A stretch of 32,000 nt of DNA. It comes from Desulfobulbus propionicus DSM 2032 (GTDB taxonomy: Bacteria > Desulfobacterota > Desulfobulbia > Desulfobulbales > Desulfobulbaceae). Positions 18,361-28,924 of this stretch are shown here, one piece after another (within the stretch, counting starts at the first letter, position 1; the number at the start of each line of letters is the position of its first letter). The position numbers and the translations under genes are program-made. A model generated the notes under the pieces. It was not told the origin of the DNA. It did not search any database and was given only the letters and a program-made list of their open reading frames with translations. The stretch is taken from positions 270,001-302,000 of the forward strand of contig NC_014972.1 of NCBI RefSeq assembly GCF_000186885.1. The letters are read 5' to 3'.

Positions 18361-19284
18361 TTACCAGGATTTGGTCAGGGTAGCGACGAACCGTGCATCT
18401 TCCGGACCATTGTCAACGCCGTATTCCTGCAGGTAGCGCAGGTTCACCTGGCAGAGCATCGGCAGGTAGAACACATTGACCTCGGCGCCGAGGGCATGGG
18501 CCTTTTTATGCTGATCGGCCGCCGCACCCGCTTCGTCGCTGTCGTCGGAGAACTGCCAGTAGGAGGCGCCGGTCAGGCCGGGGCGGATCATCAGACTGCT
18601 GTTGACCTGGAACTCCTTGCCGATGCCGTACTCGGCAACAAATTCCGAACCAGGGGTAATGTCGGTGTCTTCCTGCTCGCCGTTGATCAGGGTCCGGGTG
18701 AGGACGCTGGCCGACCAGGTTTTCTGGTCGTCAAGATAGAGGGTGCCGCCCACGGTCATCATCCCGGACCAATAGCCCAATCCGGGCGAGGCGGGTTCGT
18801 CGCCTTCAAAGTGGCCGGTGGGGACAATCACCGCCAGGGCAAAGGAGGCATCCCATCGCGGTTGCCGCCAAGCCAGGGCAAAAGGCTCCAAGGTGATGTC
18901 GCCGAGGGTGAAGGAGTGGCTGTCCGAGAACGAACCAGAGGTAAACTCTTGGTCGACCAAGGGGATGATAACGTCGTAGAAATAATCCGCGCCTAAAATC
19001 TTGACATCGGTCACGTGGATGATGCGCTGCACCGAGGCAAACACATCGAGCTCGAAGTTCCCGGGCACGGTGTTGCCGCTGTTGTCCTTCAGCTCATCCG
19101 GAGTGTACCAGAGGTTGTACATGCGGTAGTGCCAGCCCGGTGGGGGCGGTGTTGCCCCCAGCACCCCCTCGACGCCATAGGTGTAATGCGACCCAGAGGT
19201 CCACGCCCACCCAGACGCGCACAGGGGTAACGTCAGCGCAAGGCAACCGGCAAGCGTCCCAACCCATTGTTTGTTGCTCAACAT
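18361..19284 (-). CDS. Outer-membrane MetA/SphA-like (phenol-degradation-type) channel family protein
   Basis: Signal peptide MLSNKQWVGTLAGCLALTLPLCASGWA followed by a beta-strand-rich pattern. FELDVFASVQRIIHVT, NQSLMIRPGLTGASYWQ-like region, and a terminal Trp typical of OMPs (VATLTKSW). Confidence 0.65.
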   Translation of the reverse strand: MLSNKQWVGTLAGCLALTLPLCASGWAWTSGSHYTYGVEGVLGATPPPPGWHYRMYNLWYTPDELKDNSGNTVPGNFELDVFASVQRIIHVTDVKILGADYFYDVIIPLVDQEFTSGSFSDSHSFTLGDITLEPFALAWRQPRWDASFALAVIVPTGHFEGDEPASPGLGYWSGMMTVGGTLYLDDQKTWSASVLTRTLINGEQEDTDITPGSEFVAEYGIGKEFQVNSSLMIRPGLTGASYWQFSDDSDEAGAAADQHKKAHALGAEVNVFYLPMLCQVNLRYLQEYGVDNGPEDARFVATLTKSW

Positions 19285-19366
19285 CTTTTCTCCCTCTTGT
19301 TGCTGTTATCGGATGCGGACAACAACGATCCGTGATCAATGTCCGCTGTTGCTCAGGGGTTTGCGT

Positions 19367-20644
19367 TTATTCCGCAAGGCGCGCGAACCGCTCCCAGAAA
19401 TCGGGAAAGGATTTGACCACGCACTGGGGGTTGCCGATGTACACGCCGGGGATGCGCAGACCGGCGACGGCAAAGCTCATGGCCATGCGATGATCGTTGT
19501 AGGTGGCGATGGAGGCGCCATGGAGTGTGCGGCCGCCCTGTTTGCCATGGATGATCATCCGCGCCGGCTCTTCCTCCACCTCGGCGCCCAGTTTACGCAG
19601 TTCGTTGACCACCGCCGACAGGCGGTCGCACTCCTTGATGCGCAGGTGGGCAATGTTGTTGATGATGGTCGTGCCCTCGGCAAAAGCCGCCACCACCGCC
19701 AGGGTCGGCGCCACGTCGGGCATGTCGCCCATGTCCACTTCGATACCTTCCAGCCTATCTGGACCGATCAGGGTGATACCTGCCTCGGTCTGCTCGATGC
19801 GGCACCCCATGCGGGCGAGATAGGGCAGCAGTTTGGCGTCGCCCTGGAGCGAGGGCACCGGAACATTGGCCACCGTGACCCGTCCGCCGGTCACGGCGGC
19901 TGCGGCCCAGAAATAGGACGCCCCGGAAGCGTCGCCCTCGATGGCGTAGGTTCGTCCCTGATAGCTCCCCCGGGGAATGCGGAAGAAATTGAGCGTTGGC
20001 GCGGCCTCGACCCGAACGCCGAAATCGGCCATTACCGCCAGCGTCATCTCCACATAGGGTTTGGAGAGAATTTCGCCCAAGACTTCCAATTCAGCCGGTG
20101 CGTTGGCATAGGGAGCCACCAGCAGCAGGGAGGAGAGGTATTGGCTCGATTTGCCCTCTGGCAGTACCGTGCGCCCGCCGGCAAGCCCCTTGGCCATGAT
20201 GGTCAGAGGCGGGCAGCCGGTGCCGGCGTCGCTATCGATGCTGACCTGCCAGCCGCGCAGGGCCTCCATTAACGGCAGGATCGGACGCTCGGCCATCCGT
20301 TCGCTGCCGGTGATATGGAAACGGCCCTGACCCAGGGCGGCCACCGAGGTGAGAAAGCGGGTGGCGGTGCCATTATTGCCGAGAAAGATGTCTCCTTCGG
20401 GGGCGAGGACTCGACCACCGCTGCCCTCGACCTGCCAGCGGTTGGGGTCGCGGTCATCGCAGGCGATGCCCATGGCCCGCAGGGCGTTCATGGTGAAATG
20501 GGTGTCTTCGCTCGCCAGGGGGCCAAGGAGTTGCGAGGAGCCTTCGGCCAAGGCGGCGGCAATCAAGGCCCGTTGGGTCAGGCTTTTGGAACCGGGAACC
20601 GTGACAACGGCATCGATGGTGGCGACGGGTTGGATGGTGATCAT
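19367..20644 (-). CDS. aroA: 3-phosphoshikimate 1-carboxyvinyltransferase (EPSP synthase)
   Basis: VPGSKSLTQRALIAAALAEG, FLGNNGTATRFLTSVAAL, and NIAHLRIKECDRLSAVVNELRKLG. Confidence 0.96.
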   Translation of the reverse strand: MITIQPVATIDAVVTVPGSKSLTQRALIAAALAEGSSQLLGPLASEDTHFTMNALRAMGIACDDRDPNRWQVEGSGGRVLAPEGDIFLGNNGTATRFLTSVAALGQGRFHITGSERMAERPILPLMEALRGWQVSIDSDAGTGCPPLTIMAKGLAGGRTVLPEGKSSQYLSSLLLVAPYANAPAELEVLGEILSKPYVEMTLAVMADFGVRVEAAPTLNFFRIPRGSYQGRTYAIEGDASGASYFWAAAAVTGGRVTVANVPVPSLQGDAKLLPYLARMGCRIEQTEAGITLIGPDRLEGIEVDMGDMPDVAPTLAVVAAFAEGTTIINNIAHLRIKECDRLSAVVNELRKLGAEVEEEPARMIIHGKQGGRTLHGASIATYNDHRMAMSFAVAGLRIPGVYIGNPQCVVKSFPDFWERFARLAE

Positions 20645-20665
20645 GGGAGTGTTGCTGGCATAGGA

Positions 20666-21502
20666 TTAGGATTGTCTTGACCGCAGTTCTTCCAGCAGGG
20701 CTTGGCGCATGACCGCGTGGGGCGCCTCACGGCCGGTCCAGAGGATAAACTGGGCTGCTCCCTGGTACTGGAGCATCTTGAGACCGTCGATGGTCCGGCA
20801 TCCGCGCTGTTTCGCCTCGACGAGCAAACGGGTGGAGAGTGGCGCATAGACGATATCCATCACCACTGGAAAGCGGGCCAACAGGGCCGGGTCGATCGGC
20901 ACGGCCTCCTTTTTGGGCGCCATGCCCACCGAGGTAGTGTTGATCAGGGCATCGGCCTGGGCGGTCGGCAATTCGTGGGCGCTGAGAAAGGGACAGTTGA
21001 GCTGCCGGGCCAGATCCCGACCTTTGGATTCGGTGCGGTTGGTCACCAGGACCCTGGCTCCGGCCTCGATCAGGCCAAAACCCACTGCGCGGGCCGCCCC
21101 GCCGGCACCGATGATCAGCACGGTACTGGTGGCTAGGTCCAGCGCCTCGGCCAAGGCCTGATTCGAGCCTAGCCAATCGGTGTTGTAGCCGAGACAGCGG
21201 TTCTGGCCGTCTTGGTCCCGACGAAACAACAGGGTGTTGACCGCGCCGATTTTGCGGGCCACCGGATCGACCTCGTCGATGTAGTCCATAACCGCCACCT
21301 TGAACGGCACGGTGACCGAGACACCAACAAAACCGAGGCTTTTCAGGCCCCGGAAGCCGTCGCCCAGATCCGCCGGCCGCATGGGAATGTAGACACCATT
21401 GAGGCCCAGATGGGCAAAGGCGGCGTTGTGCATCGCCGGACTGAGGGAATGTTCCACCGGATTGCCGATGATGCCGAAAAGTTGCGTCTGACCGTTGATC
21501 AT
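20666..21502 (-). CDS. aroE: Shikimate dehydrogenase
   Basis: LFGIIGNPVEHSLSPAMHNAAF, GVSVTVPFKVAVM, GYNTDWLGS, GAGGAARAVGFGL, and DALINTTSVGM. Confidence 0.95.
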   Translation of the reverse strand: MINGQTQLFGIIGNPVEHSLSPAMHNAAFAHLGLNGVYIPMRPADLGDGFRGLKSLGFVGVSVTVPFKVAVMDYIDEVDPVARKIGAVNTLLFRRDQDGQNRCLGYNTDWLGSNQALAEALDLATSTVLIIGAGGAARAVGFGLIEAGARVLVTNRTESKGRDLARQLNCPFLSAHELPTAQADALINTTSVGMAPKKEAVPIDPALLARFPVVMDIVYAPLSTRLLVEAKQRGCRTIDGLKMLQYQGAAQFILWTGREAPHAVMRQALLEELRSRQS

Positions 21503-22200
21503 GGGCGGTGGTCGAGCAAAGAAAGGAGGCGGTGAAGGTTGTCGACCGTGAGTTGTCCGGGGGCTGTGGCCTGCGCTTCCGACAGGGCCGCGTAGGTCAT
21601 GAAGCCACCAAGAAAGAGGGTGGCGAAGCGGCTAATGGTGCCAGCACGGCCCATGGCAAAGGCGCACAGGGGAAAATCGTGGGCCAGAGCGTCTTGTTGC
21701 AGGGCCAGTACCCGCAACACCTCGGCCGCTGACACGGCGGTGGTGACAATCTTGCCGATATCGGCACCGCTGGCCATCATCTGTTGCAGAGTTGCGTGGA
21801 GCTGCGCAGCGTCCGGCGTGCCGTCGAAATCATGGCTGGACACGATCACCTTGGCCTGATGGCGGTGTGCCTCTTGGATGATCTGGGCCTGCAACTCGGA
21901 TGCGGTCGCCAGTTCCACATCGACATAGCGGGCGCCCCAGCGCAGTGCTGCGCACAGCAGATTCACGCGCTCTTCTTCGGAACCGGTCCATTGCCCCCCT
22001 TCCCAAGCCGGCCGGTTGGTCGCCAGCACCGGTTTGTCCAGCGCAGCGATACACTGCCCGCATTGTGGATCGCGCATGCCATCCAAGCGGATCTCAACCA
22101 CATCGACGAGCGGCAGGACCGGCGTGACAGCTGACAGGATATGATGCTTGTCCTCGCTGGCGACCGAAACACAGATCAATCCCTGAGCAGTCATGGTCAT
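21499..22200 (-). CDS. aroD: 3-dehydroquinate dehydratase, type I
   Basis: [45 protein letters not shown]. 4-bp overlap with aroE and with pyrD. Confidence 0.92.
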   Translation of the reverse strand: MTMTAQGLICVSVASEDKHHILSAVTPVLPLVDVVEIRLDGMRDPQCGQCIAALDKPVLATNRPAWEGGQWTGSEEERVNLLCAALRWGARYVDVELATASELQAQIIQEAHRHQAKVIVSSHDFDGTPDAAQLHATLQQMMASGADIGKIVTTAVSAAEVLRVLALQQDALAHDFPLCAFAMGRAGTISRFATLFLGGFMTYAALSEAQATAPGQLTVDNLHRLLSLLDHRP

Positions 22201-23138
22201 TTACTCAAGCGCAAGCCGCCAATGATGGAGCGCACCGAGGTTTCGCCTTGATCGCGCAGATAGGTTTCAATGCCGGCAAGGATCTGGGACACGGCGGCAG
22301 GGTTGTAAAAGTTGGCGGTGCCCACCTGCACGGCCGAGGCGCCGGCGAGGAGAAACTCGATCGCATCTTCGGGGGTGCCGATGCCGCCAATGCCGATCAC
22401 CGGAATGGAGACCGACGAGGTCACCTGCCAGACCATGCGCAGGGCCACCGGTTTGACTGCCGGTCCGGAAAGGCCGCCAATGACGTTGGCCAGCTTCGGT
22501 CTGCGGGTGCGCGCATCGATGGCCATACCGATCAAGGTGTTGATCAGGGACAGGGCATCGGCACCACCGTCCGCCACTGCTCGGGCCATGGCCACGATGT
22601 CGGTGACGTTGGGCGAGAGTTTGACGATCACCGGCAGCGTGGTCACCCGTTTGACTGCCGCGGTCACCGCCGCGGCCATTTCTGGAACCGTGCCGAAGGC
22701 CACGCCACCTTTCTTCACATTGGGGCAGGAGATATTGACCTCGAGAGCATCAATGCCAGCAACATCGGAGAGTGCTGCGGCCAGGGCAGCGTATTCCTCG
22801 ATGGAATCGCCAAGGATGTTGACAACCACCCGGCAACCGCAGGTGCGGAGGAACGGCATTTTGTCGCTGATGAACCGCTCGACGCCGACATTCTCCAGGC
22901 CAATGGCATTGAGCATGCCGCACGGAGTCTCGACAATACGCGGCGGTGGATTGCCTGGGCGAGGATGCAAGGAGATGCCTTTGACCACTACCGCTCCGAG
23001 GCTGGCCAGCGGAACAAGATGGGCAAACTCCGCCGCATAACCGAAGGTGCCCGAGGCGGTCATCACCGGATTGGCAAGGGCGAGTGGGCCGAGTTGGACC
23101 CGCAGATCGGGCACGGGAACAGAGGTTACCGTATCCAT
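22197..23138 (-). CDS. pyrD: Dihydroorotate dehydrogenase B, catalytic subunit
   Basis: [52 protein letters not shown], and [29 protein letters not shown]. Confidence 0.95.
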   Translation of the reverse strand: MDTVTSVPVPDLRVQLGPLALANPVMTASGTFGYAAEFAHLVPLASLGAVVVKGISLHPRPGNPPPRIVETPCGMLNAIGLENVGVERFISDKMPFLRTCGCRVVVNILGDSIEEYAALAAALSDVAGIDALEVNISCPNVKKGGVAFGTVPEMAAAVTAAVKRVTTLPVIVKLSPNVTDIVAMARAVADGGADALSLINTLIGMAIDARTRRPKLANVIGGLSGPAVKPVALRMVWQVTSSVSIPVIGIGGIGTPEDAIEFLLAGASAVQVGTANFYNPAAVSQILAGIETYLRDQGETSVRSIIGGLRLSK

Positions 23139-23911
23139 GCCACCTCCTGTGCATCGAGAACCGGACCTTGTTTACACACATGCAGATATTGCCCCTCGGT
23201 GCCATGCACCGTGCAGCCAAGACACGCGCCCAGACCACAGGCCATGTGTGCCTCCAGCGAAACTTCACAGGCGACACCGGCCGAGTGGCAAAGCGCGGCC
23301 ACCGTGGCCATCATCGGGTGGGGGCCGCAGGTGTAGACCTTGCTGAAGCGACTGAGCTCAGGTGCTAGAAGTTCGGTGATGAAGCCATGATGTCCAAGGG
23401 AGCCATCGTCGGTAGCTGTATGCACCTGACACCCCAAGGCGCTGAATTCCATCGCCAGAGGAGCGAGCTCGTCTCCGGAACGGGAACCAAGGAAGACCGT
23501 GCAATCAGCGCCAGCTCCGCCGGCCTGCTGCAGGGCGTGGACAAGAAATCGCAGCGGCGCGATGCCGATGCCGCCACCAACAAGACTAACAGGCCGTCCG
23601 GGTTGGAGACGAAAACCGTGTCCCAAAGGGCCAATCAGGGAAAGTGATTGCCCTGTTCGGCATTCGGACAACAACTGGGTACCACGTCCAATGACCTTGA
23701 ACAACAGCTGTAAGGTCCCATCCTGGGTGCAGTGATGAATGGAAAAGGGTCGGCGCAACAACGGATCAAGGGTTAAACCGCAGGCGACCATCACGAATTG
23801 GCCCGGTTGGGCATGGGCAGCGATCATGGGACATCGCAGGGTGAGACGGTAAAAATCTTTGGAGAGCTGCTCGATACGCTCTATGCTGCAATTTTCCTGG
23901 TACTGTGGCAT
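23126..23911 (-). CDS. pyrK: Dihydroorotate dehydrogenase electron transfer subunit (FAD/2Fe-2S)
   Basis: [36 protein letters not shown], and [13 protein letters not shown] (2Fe-2S ligands). Overlaps pyrD. Confidence 0.94.
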   Translation of the reverse strand: MPQYQENCSIERIEQLSKDFYRLTLRCPMIAAHAQPGQFVMVACGLTLDPLLRRPFSIHHCTQDGTLQLLFKVIGRGTQLLSECRTGQSLSLIGPLGHGFRLQPGRPVSLVGGGIGIAPLRFLVHALQQAGGAGADCTVFLGSRSGDELAPLAMEFSALGCQVHTATDDGSLGHHGFITELLAPELSRFSKVYTCGPHPMMATVAALCHSAGVACEVSLEAHMACGLGACLGCTVHGTEGQYLHVCKQGPVLDAQEVAWIR

Positions 23912-23974
23912 GGAAAGCGATACAACGAAGATACAAATTAAATATTATCCTTAATCAACAGGTGGTTATCAACA

Positions 23975-24757
23975 ATGGAAGCATCGCTGACCGTATTTGC
24001 CGCCCTGATCGGTGCCGTGGTGGGCTCCTTTCTCAACGTGGTCATTCTTCGCTTGCCCGAGGAAGGCGCGTCTATCGTGTTTCCTGGATCCCATTGCCCC
24101 TACTGCCAACAGCCGCTGACATGGTGGGAGAACATTCCCCTTGTCAGTTTTCTGTTGCTGGGGGGCAAATGCAAAACGTGCAAAGTGCCTATTTCGTGGC
24201 AGTATCCCTTGGTGGAAGCAGCGATGGCAGCTTTGACCGCCCTGTTGTTTTGGCGTTTTGGCCTCAGCGCTGAATTGTTGGTCTATTTTGTCTTTAGCGC
24301 TGCCCTGCTGGTTATCATATTTATTGACATCCATCATCAAATAATTCCCGATCGGATCAGTCTGCCGGGAATCGTGATTGGATTTGCCGGGTCGTTGGTT
24401 ATCGACCAGATAACCTGGCAGCAATCGGCCCTTGGTATTCTGTTTGGCGGCGGAATCCTCTATGCCGTGGCGTGGGGGTATATGGCGTTGACCAAACGGG
24501 AAGGCATGGGCGGTGGCGACATTAAGTTGCTCGCCATGATCGGGGCCTTTCTGGGTTGGCAGAGTTTGTTGTATGTGATTTTTTCCAGCTCCGTGGCGGG
24601 ATGTGTCGTCGGTGGAATCGCCATGGTCAAACAAGGCAGGGGAGGACAGACTCGTATTCCATTTGGACCTTTTCTGGCGATCGCTGCCCTGTCCTATCTC
24701 TTCTTTCAGGAACAGATCGTCGGGATTTGGCGCTGGTATCTGCACAGCGCCTTCTAA
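23975..24757 (+). CDS. Prepilin peptidase / N-methyltransferase (A24 family)
   Basis: GSFLNVVILRLPEE, CPYCQQPLTWWENIPLVSFLLLGGKCKTCK, DIHHQIIPD, and MGGGDIKLLAMIGAFLGW. Confidence 0.93.
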   Translation: MEASLTVFAALIGAVVGSFLNVVILRLPEEGASIVFPGSHCPYCQQPLTWWENIPLVSFLLLGGKCKTCKVPISWQYPLVEAAMAALTALLFWRFGLSAELLVYFVFSAALLVIIFIDIHHQIIPDRISLPGIVIGFAGSLVIDQITWQQSALGILFGGGILYAVAWGYMALTKREGMGGGDIKLLAMIGAFLGWQSLLYVIFSSSVAGCVVGGIAMVKQGRGGQTRIPFGPFLAIAALSYLFFQEQIVGIWRWYLHSAF

Positions 24758-24780
24758 CGGCTGGTTGGTGCGGGTAAAAA

Positions 24781-24807
24781 AAAACCCCCGAACGAATCGG
24801 GGGTTTT
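24781..24807. terminator. Bidirectional intrinsic terminator between convergent prepilin peptidase and dsrP
   Basis: AAAACCCCCGA (24781-24791) / TCGGGGGTTTT (24797-24807), loop ACGAA, with an A tract on the left and T-rich sequence on the right. Confidence 0.88.
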
Positions 24808-24828
24808 CTTGTTTCTCTTTGGCAGAGA

Positions 24829-26001
24829 TCAGGCTTCAATCTCGTGTTCTACGCCGATGGCAATCTTGTAGAGGATGGTCAGGATAAAGAAGCCGGTGGC
24901 CCAGACTCCGATAGTAATGAACAGCTCGTTGAGCGTCGGGTAATACTCGACAATCTCTTCGGTCGGTGTGGGAACAAATCCTCCAAGGACAAAGCCGATG
25001 CCCTTGTCCAGCCAGAAGGCGATGAAAATGGAGGCACAACCGACCCCGAGCCAAAGGTCACTCTGCCTGCGAGTGTAGGGAATGGTGATGAGGGCGATGC
25101 CAACCAGGAAGAGGACCACAAAGCCCCACATGAACGGAACCAGGTTATTGTAGACATGACCATGATGTTCCAATCCGAAGAACAGATACTGCAGGGTGTG
25201 TTTGTGACCCGGAATGTCTGAGTAGAAGCCGACGAAAAACTCCAGGCCGACAAAGAACATGTTGGCAATGGCCGCATAGGTGATAATGGTCACCATTTTG
25301 TCGATGGCTTGTTTTCCCGCATCGAAATTTGCGACTCGTTTCAGGATCAGGGCCATGACCACGATCAGCGCTGGACCTGCGGCAAAGGCTGAGGCGAGGA
25401 ATCGAGGAGCAACGATCGCTGACAGCCAGAAATGCCGTCCGGGTAAACCGCAGTAGAGCATGGCGGTGACAGTGTGGATCGAGAAGGCAAAGGGAATCGA
25501 CAGATAGACAAAGAAATAGATCCATTTTGGCGGATGCATCTGCTTGCGCTCGGCGGTCAGGATCACCCATCCGCATAGGGCGTTGAGCAACAGGTAGCCC
25601 CAGAGCACGCACATATCCCAGAACAGCATGGAATGCGGGGTGGCGTAGAACAGGACGTTCAAACCACGCAACGGCTGACCAAGGTCGGCCATAATGAACA
25701 TCATGCACATCAAAAGCGAGGCGATGGCGAGAAACTCACCGAGGATGGTGATCCGACCGAATGCCTTGAAGTTATGAATATAATAGGGAAGCACCAACAT
25801 CACGCCTCCCGCCGCCACACCGACCAGAAAAGTAAACTGGGAAATGTAGATTCCCCAGGAGACGTCGCGGGTCATGCCTGTCAGGCCAAGTCCGTAAAAA
25901 TACTGACGGAGATAGCAGAAAGCCGCCACCGCGATAAAAAAGCCGAGGAAGGCCAGCCACATCCAGTAGTAATTGTTTCCTTTTAATGCTTTTTCAAACA
26001 T
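24829..26001 (-). CDS. dsrP: Sulfite-reduction-associated complex membrane protein DsrP (NrfD/PsrC family)
   Basis: 390 aa polytopic protein. WGIYISQFTFLVGVAAGGVMLVLPYYIHN, WGYLLLNALCGWVIL, and NLVPFMWGFVVLFLVG. Position in dsrMKJOP order. Confidence 0.93.
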   Translation of the reverse strand: MFEKALKGNNYYWMWLAFLGFFIAVAAFCYLRQYFYGLGLTGMTRDVSWGIYISQFTFLVGVAAGGVMLVLPYYIHNFKAFGRITILGEFLAIASLLMCMMFIMADLGQPLRGLNVLFYATPHSMLFWDMCVLWGYLLLNALCGWVILTAERKQMHPPKWIYFFVYLSIPFAFSIHTVTAMLYCGLPGRHFWLSAIVAPRFLASAFAAGPALIVVMALILKRVANFDAGKQAIDKMVTIITYAAIANMFFVGLEFFVGFYSDIPGHKHTLQYLFFGLEHHGHVYNNLVPFMWGFVVLFLVGIALITIPYTRRQSDLWLGVGCASIFIAFWLDKGIGFVLGGFVPTPTEEIVEYYPTLNELFITIGVWATGFFILTILYKIAIGVEHEIEA

Positions 26002-26010
26002 GGGGGCCTC

Positions 26011-26838
26011 TCACACGATATAAAAGACTGAGGGTAAGGTTCCGAGAGAAGGATTCCGCTGAATGGTATGCTGCTCTTTGAGAATCTTTCGGATCTCGGA
26101 GTTGGGATCATTGAGATTGCCAAAAACCAAAGCCTTGCTGTCGCCAACGGCCTCGACACAGGCCGGCAGCTTGCCGATCTGGACGCGTTCGACGCAAAAA
26201 TTGCATTTTTCGACAACGCCGCGGGTACGGGCCGGGTAATCTCGGTTGATATCGGTGATAAAGGAGCGCGGATCACGCCAGTTAAAACTTCTGCTGCCAT
26301 AGGGGCAGGCTGCCATGCAGAACCGGCAGCCGATGCAGCGGTGGTAATCCATGCCGATAATGCCGTCCTCGGAACGGAAGGTCGCCTTGGTGGGGCAGGC
26401 TCGTACACAGGGCGGGTTGTCGCAGTGATTGCACAGGATCGGCAGTTGGTGCTTTTCGCTGGCTTCATCCAGGTAGAGATTTGGCTTCTCTGGGAAAGCA
26501 TTTTCGAAGTTGGTCATCCAGATCCATTTAATTTCGTCCCGCTTGTCAGGGAATTGCGGCACGTTGTGAATCTTATGACAGGCATGGACCGCCTTTGCGC
26601 CCAAACCGGGATCTTCCTGAAATTTTTTGATGTCGATGACCATGCCGTAGCGGATCCCGCCTTGTGCGGCACCGCCGTGCCCAGCGGCTGCTCCAGCCTG
26701 TTCCGCACCGTGGCCAGCACTAGTAGCATGGGCCAAACCCGCGCCAGACACCAAACGATCAACCACCGCAGTTCCGCCAAGGCCCGCCAGTGTGGAAATA
26801 CCGGCTACCTTGAGGAAATTTCTTCTATTTGTATCCAT
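26011..26838 (-). CDS. dsrO: Periplasmic 4Fe-4S ferredoxin-type subunit DsrO
   Basis: TAT-like MDTNRRNFLKVAGISTLAGLGG, CNHCDNPPCVRACPTKATF, and CIGCRFCMAACPYGSRSFN. Start MDTNRRN chosen inside ORF 26011..26931. Confidence 0.93.
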   Translation of the reverse strand: MDTNRRNFLKVAGISTLAGLGGTAVVDRLVSGAGLAHATSAGHGAEQAGAAAGHGGAAQGGIRYGMVIDIKKFQEDPGLGAKAVHACHKIHNVPQFPDKRDEIKWIWMTNFENAFPEKPNLYLDEASEKHQLPILCNHCDNPPCVRACPTKATFRSEDGIIGMDYHRCIGCRFCMAACPYGSRSFNWRDPRSFITDINRDYPARTRGVVEKCNFCVERVQIGKLPACVEAVGDSKALVFGNLNDPNSEIRKILKEQHTIQRNPSLGTLPSVFYIV

Positions 26839-26860
26839 CTGTCTCTTCCTCCTTAGCCGT

Positions 26861-27232
26861 TCACTCAACAGGAGCCAAATGGCAATCCCAACAATAGGGC
26901 GTAACCGATGCGTAGGTGTGACAGGTGTCACAGAACTGCTTCTTGCTCGTATGGCATTTCATGCAGGTCAGCATCAGGCTCTTCTGGTATTGCTTGCCTT
27001 CCAGCTCAAAGGTTTCCCGCTTCCCGTCGCGCAGCACATCGTCACGCCATACGTTGAGCAGTTTCATATGCTCGGCGCGAATCTCGGCGGCCGGCAGAAC
27101 ACAGGTTTTGGCATCCTTGGGCAACACGGGTTTCGGTACCGACCCAGCGGTGCCGCGATTGTACCAAATGGGTATGGTGATGATCAGGACGAAAATGATC
27201 AGTCCCGGAATTATTTTACCGCTATCGTACAT
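26861..27232 (-). CDS. dsrJ: Multihaem cytochrome c subunit DsrJ
   Basis: 123 aa. Signal anchor MYDSGKIIPGLIIFVLIITIPIW and three CxxCH motifs: CMKCH, CDTCH and CWDCH. Confidence 0.93.
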   Translation of the reverse strand: MYDSGKIIPGLIIFVLIITIPIWYNRGTAGSVPKPVLPKDAKTCVLPAAEIRAEHMKLLNVWRDDVLRDGKRETFELEGKQYQKSLMLTCMKCHTSKKQFCDTCHTYASVTPYCWDCHLAPVE

Positions 27233-27259
27233 AGCTTTTCCTCCCTTCCTGCCGATCTA

Positions 27260-28891
27260 TTAAACCAAGGTCCTGAGCCCTTCGGTCAGGTCTTGTCGTT
27301 GTTCACCCTCAATCACCAGCGCATTGCCGACGAGTTCACTGAGACCGGCCACCTGTACCTCGGGCACCCAGTAGTTCATGAGGGTCGTCAGGGTTGCTCT
27401 GTCGATCGCGCATACACAGCCGAGCGTGTTGACGCCGTGCTTATCGTGGACATACCTGACCGCATTGGCGCGCGGCAGTCCCGAGCGCATGCGGAGTTCC
27501 ATGATCTCGTCGGTGTTGAGCGCTGTTCCCGATCCACAGCAGAAGGTTTTCTCACGGATGGTATTCTCGGGCATCTCCACCCAATTTTCGACCACGTTAT
27601 CCAGGATATACCTTGGTTCGTCCAACAGACCCATGGCCCGCGCCGGGTTGCAGGAATCGTGGAAGGTTGCCGTGACATGAGCATTGCGGCTCTTGTCGAG
27701 TTTGATCTTATTGTTCCTGATCAAATCGGCGGTAAATTCGGAGATGTGAATCATTTTGGTGGAGGCGGCATTGTCGAACACCGTGCCGGTGATCGGTGAG
27801 CGGGGGACCTCCAGGAAATCTGCCGGACCGTTCATGGTATCCATGTACTGGTGCAGGACGCGCCACATGTGGCCGCATTCACCACCAAGAATCCAGCGAA
27901 CTCCCAGACGTTTCGCCTCGGCATACATTTTGCCGTTCAGCTTCTTCATCATCTCGTTGGAAGTGAACAACCCGAAGTTGCCGCCTTCGGAAGCGTAGGT
28001 TGACCAAGTGTAATCAAGGCCGATGGCCTCGAACAGCAGGAGATACCCCATGCAGGTAAAAATACCCGGTTCGGCAAACACGTCAGCCGACGGGGTGATG
28101 AACAGGACCTCGGCACCTTTGCGGTTGAAGGTCGGATTGACCCGGATGCCGGTGAGATTCTCGATGTCATCACAGAGAAACTCCACATTACCCTTGAAGG
28201 CCTGAGGCGTGAGCCCCATGTGGTTGCCGGTCCGGTTGGAGTTGGCAACCGGCTCCATCGCCCAGTTGATGCCCACACCAACCAAGTGCAGCAACTCGCG
28301 CAGCATCATGGTGATTTCGGCCGTATCAATGCCATAGGGGCAGAAAACCGAACAGCGGCGGCATTCAGTGCACTGATAGGCATACATGAACCATTCTTTC
28401 AGTACACCCACGGTCATCTCGCGACCACCGGCAAGCCGGCCCAAAATCTTGCCCGCGCGGGTGAAGTTCTGGCGGTAGATGGAACGCAGCAGTTCCGCTC
28501 GCAAAACCGGCATATTCTTGGGATCACCGGTGCCGAGGAAAAAGTGGCATTTATCCGCACAGGCACCGCAACGGACGCAACAATCCATGAAGATTTTCAG
28601 GGAGCGAAAGCGATCCAGGCGGTCTGCCAATCCTTGGATTATAATTTCCTTCCAGTTCTCTGGAAGTTTCCAGTCATCGTCCTCCGGGCTCCACTCGCGG
28701 GCATTGGGGAAACTGACACCTTTTTGGCTGTCGAGATATCGAATGATCTCGGCTTTGGCCGGGTAGGCGTAATTCCCTGGCTTGAATACGGCAGGAACAT
28801 CCATCCAATCCTTAGTTGGAATGGAGCCTGTCATCAGCGAAGGTCCTTCGGCAACACTTCGTGCCAACATATCTACCTTTACTACTGCCAT
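27260..28891 (-). CDS. dsrK: Heterodisulfide-reductase-like FeS subunit DsrK
   Basis: CVRCGACADKCHFFLGTGD, CTECRRCSVFCPYGIDTAEI, and cysteine-rich CCG-type motifs (FHDSCNPARAMGLLDEPR, CCGSGTALNTDEIMELRMRSG). Confidence 0.95.
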   Translation of the reverse strand: MAVVKVDMLARSVAEGPSLMTGSIPTKDWMDVPAVFKPGNYAYPAKAEIIRYLDSQKGVSFPNAREWSPEDDDWKLPENWKEIIIQGLADRLDRFRSLKIFMDCCVRCGACADKCHFFLGTGDPKNMPVLRAELLRSIYRQNFTRAGKILGRLAGGREMTVGVLKEWFMYAYQCTECRRCSVFCPYGIDTAEITMMLRELLHLVGVGINWAMEPVANSNRTGNHMGLTPQAFKGNVEFLCDDIENLTGIRVNPTFNRKGAEVLFITPSADVFAEPGIFTCMGYLLLFEAIGLDYTWSTYASEGGNFGLFTSNEMMKKLNGKMYAEAKRLGVRWILGGECGHMWRVLHQYMDTMNGPADFLEVPRSPITGTVFDNAASTKMIHISEFTADLIRNNKIKLDKSRNAHVTATFHDSCNPARAMGLLDEPRYILDNVVENWVEMPENTIREKTFCCGSGTALNTDEIMELRMRSGLPRANAVRYVHDKHGVNTLGCVCAIDRATLTTLMNYWVPEVQVAGLSELVGNALVIEGEQRQDLTEGLRTLV

Positions 28892-28924
28892 TGCTCTATC
28901 CTTATACTCTTGAATTATCCAGCG

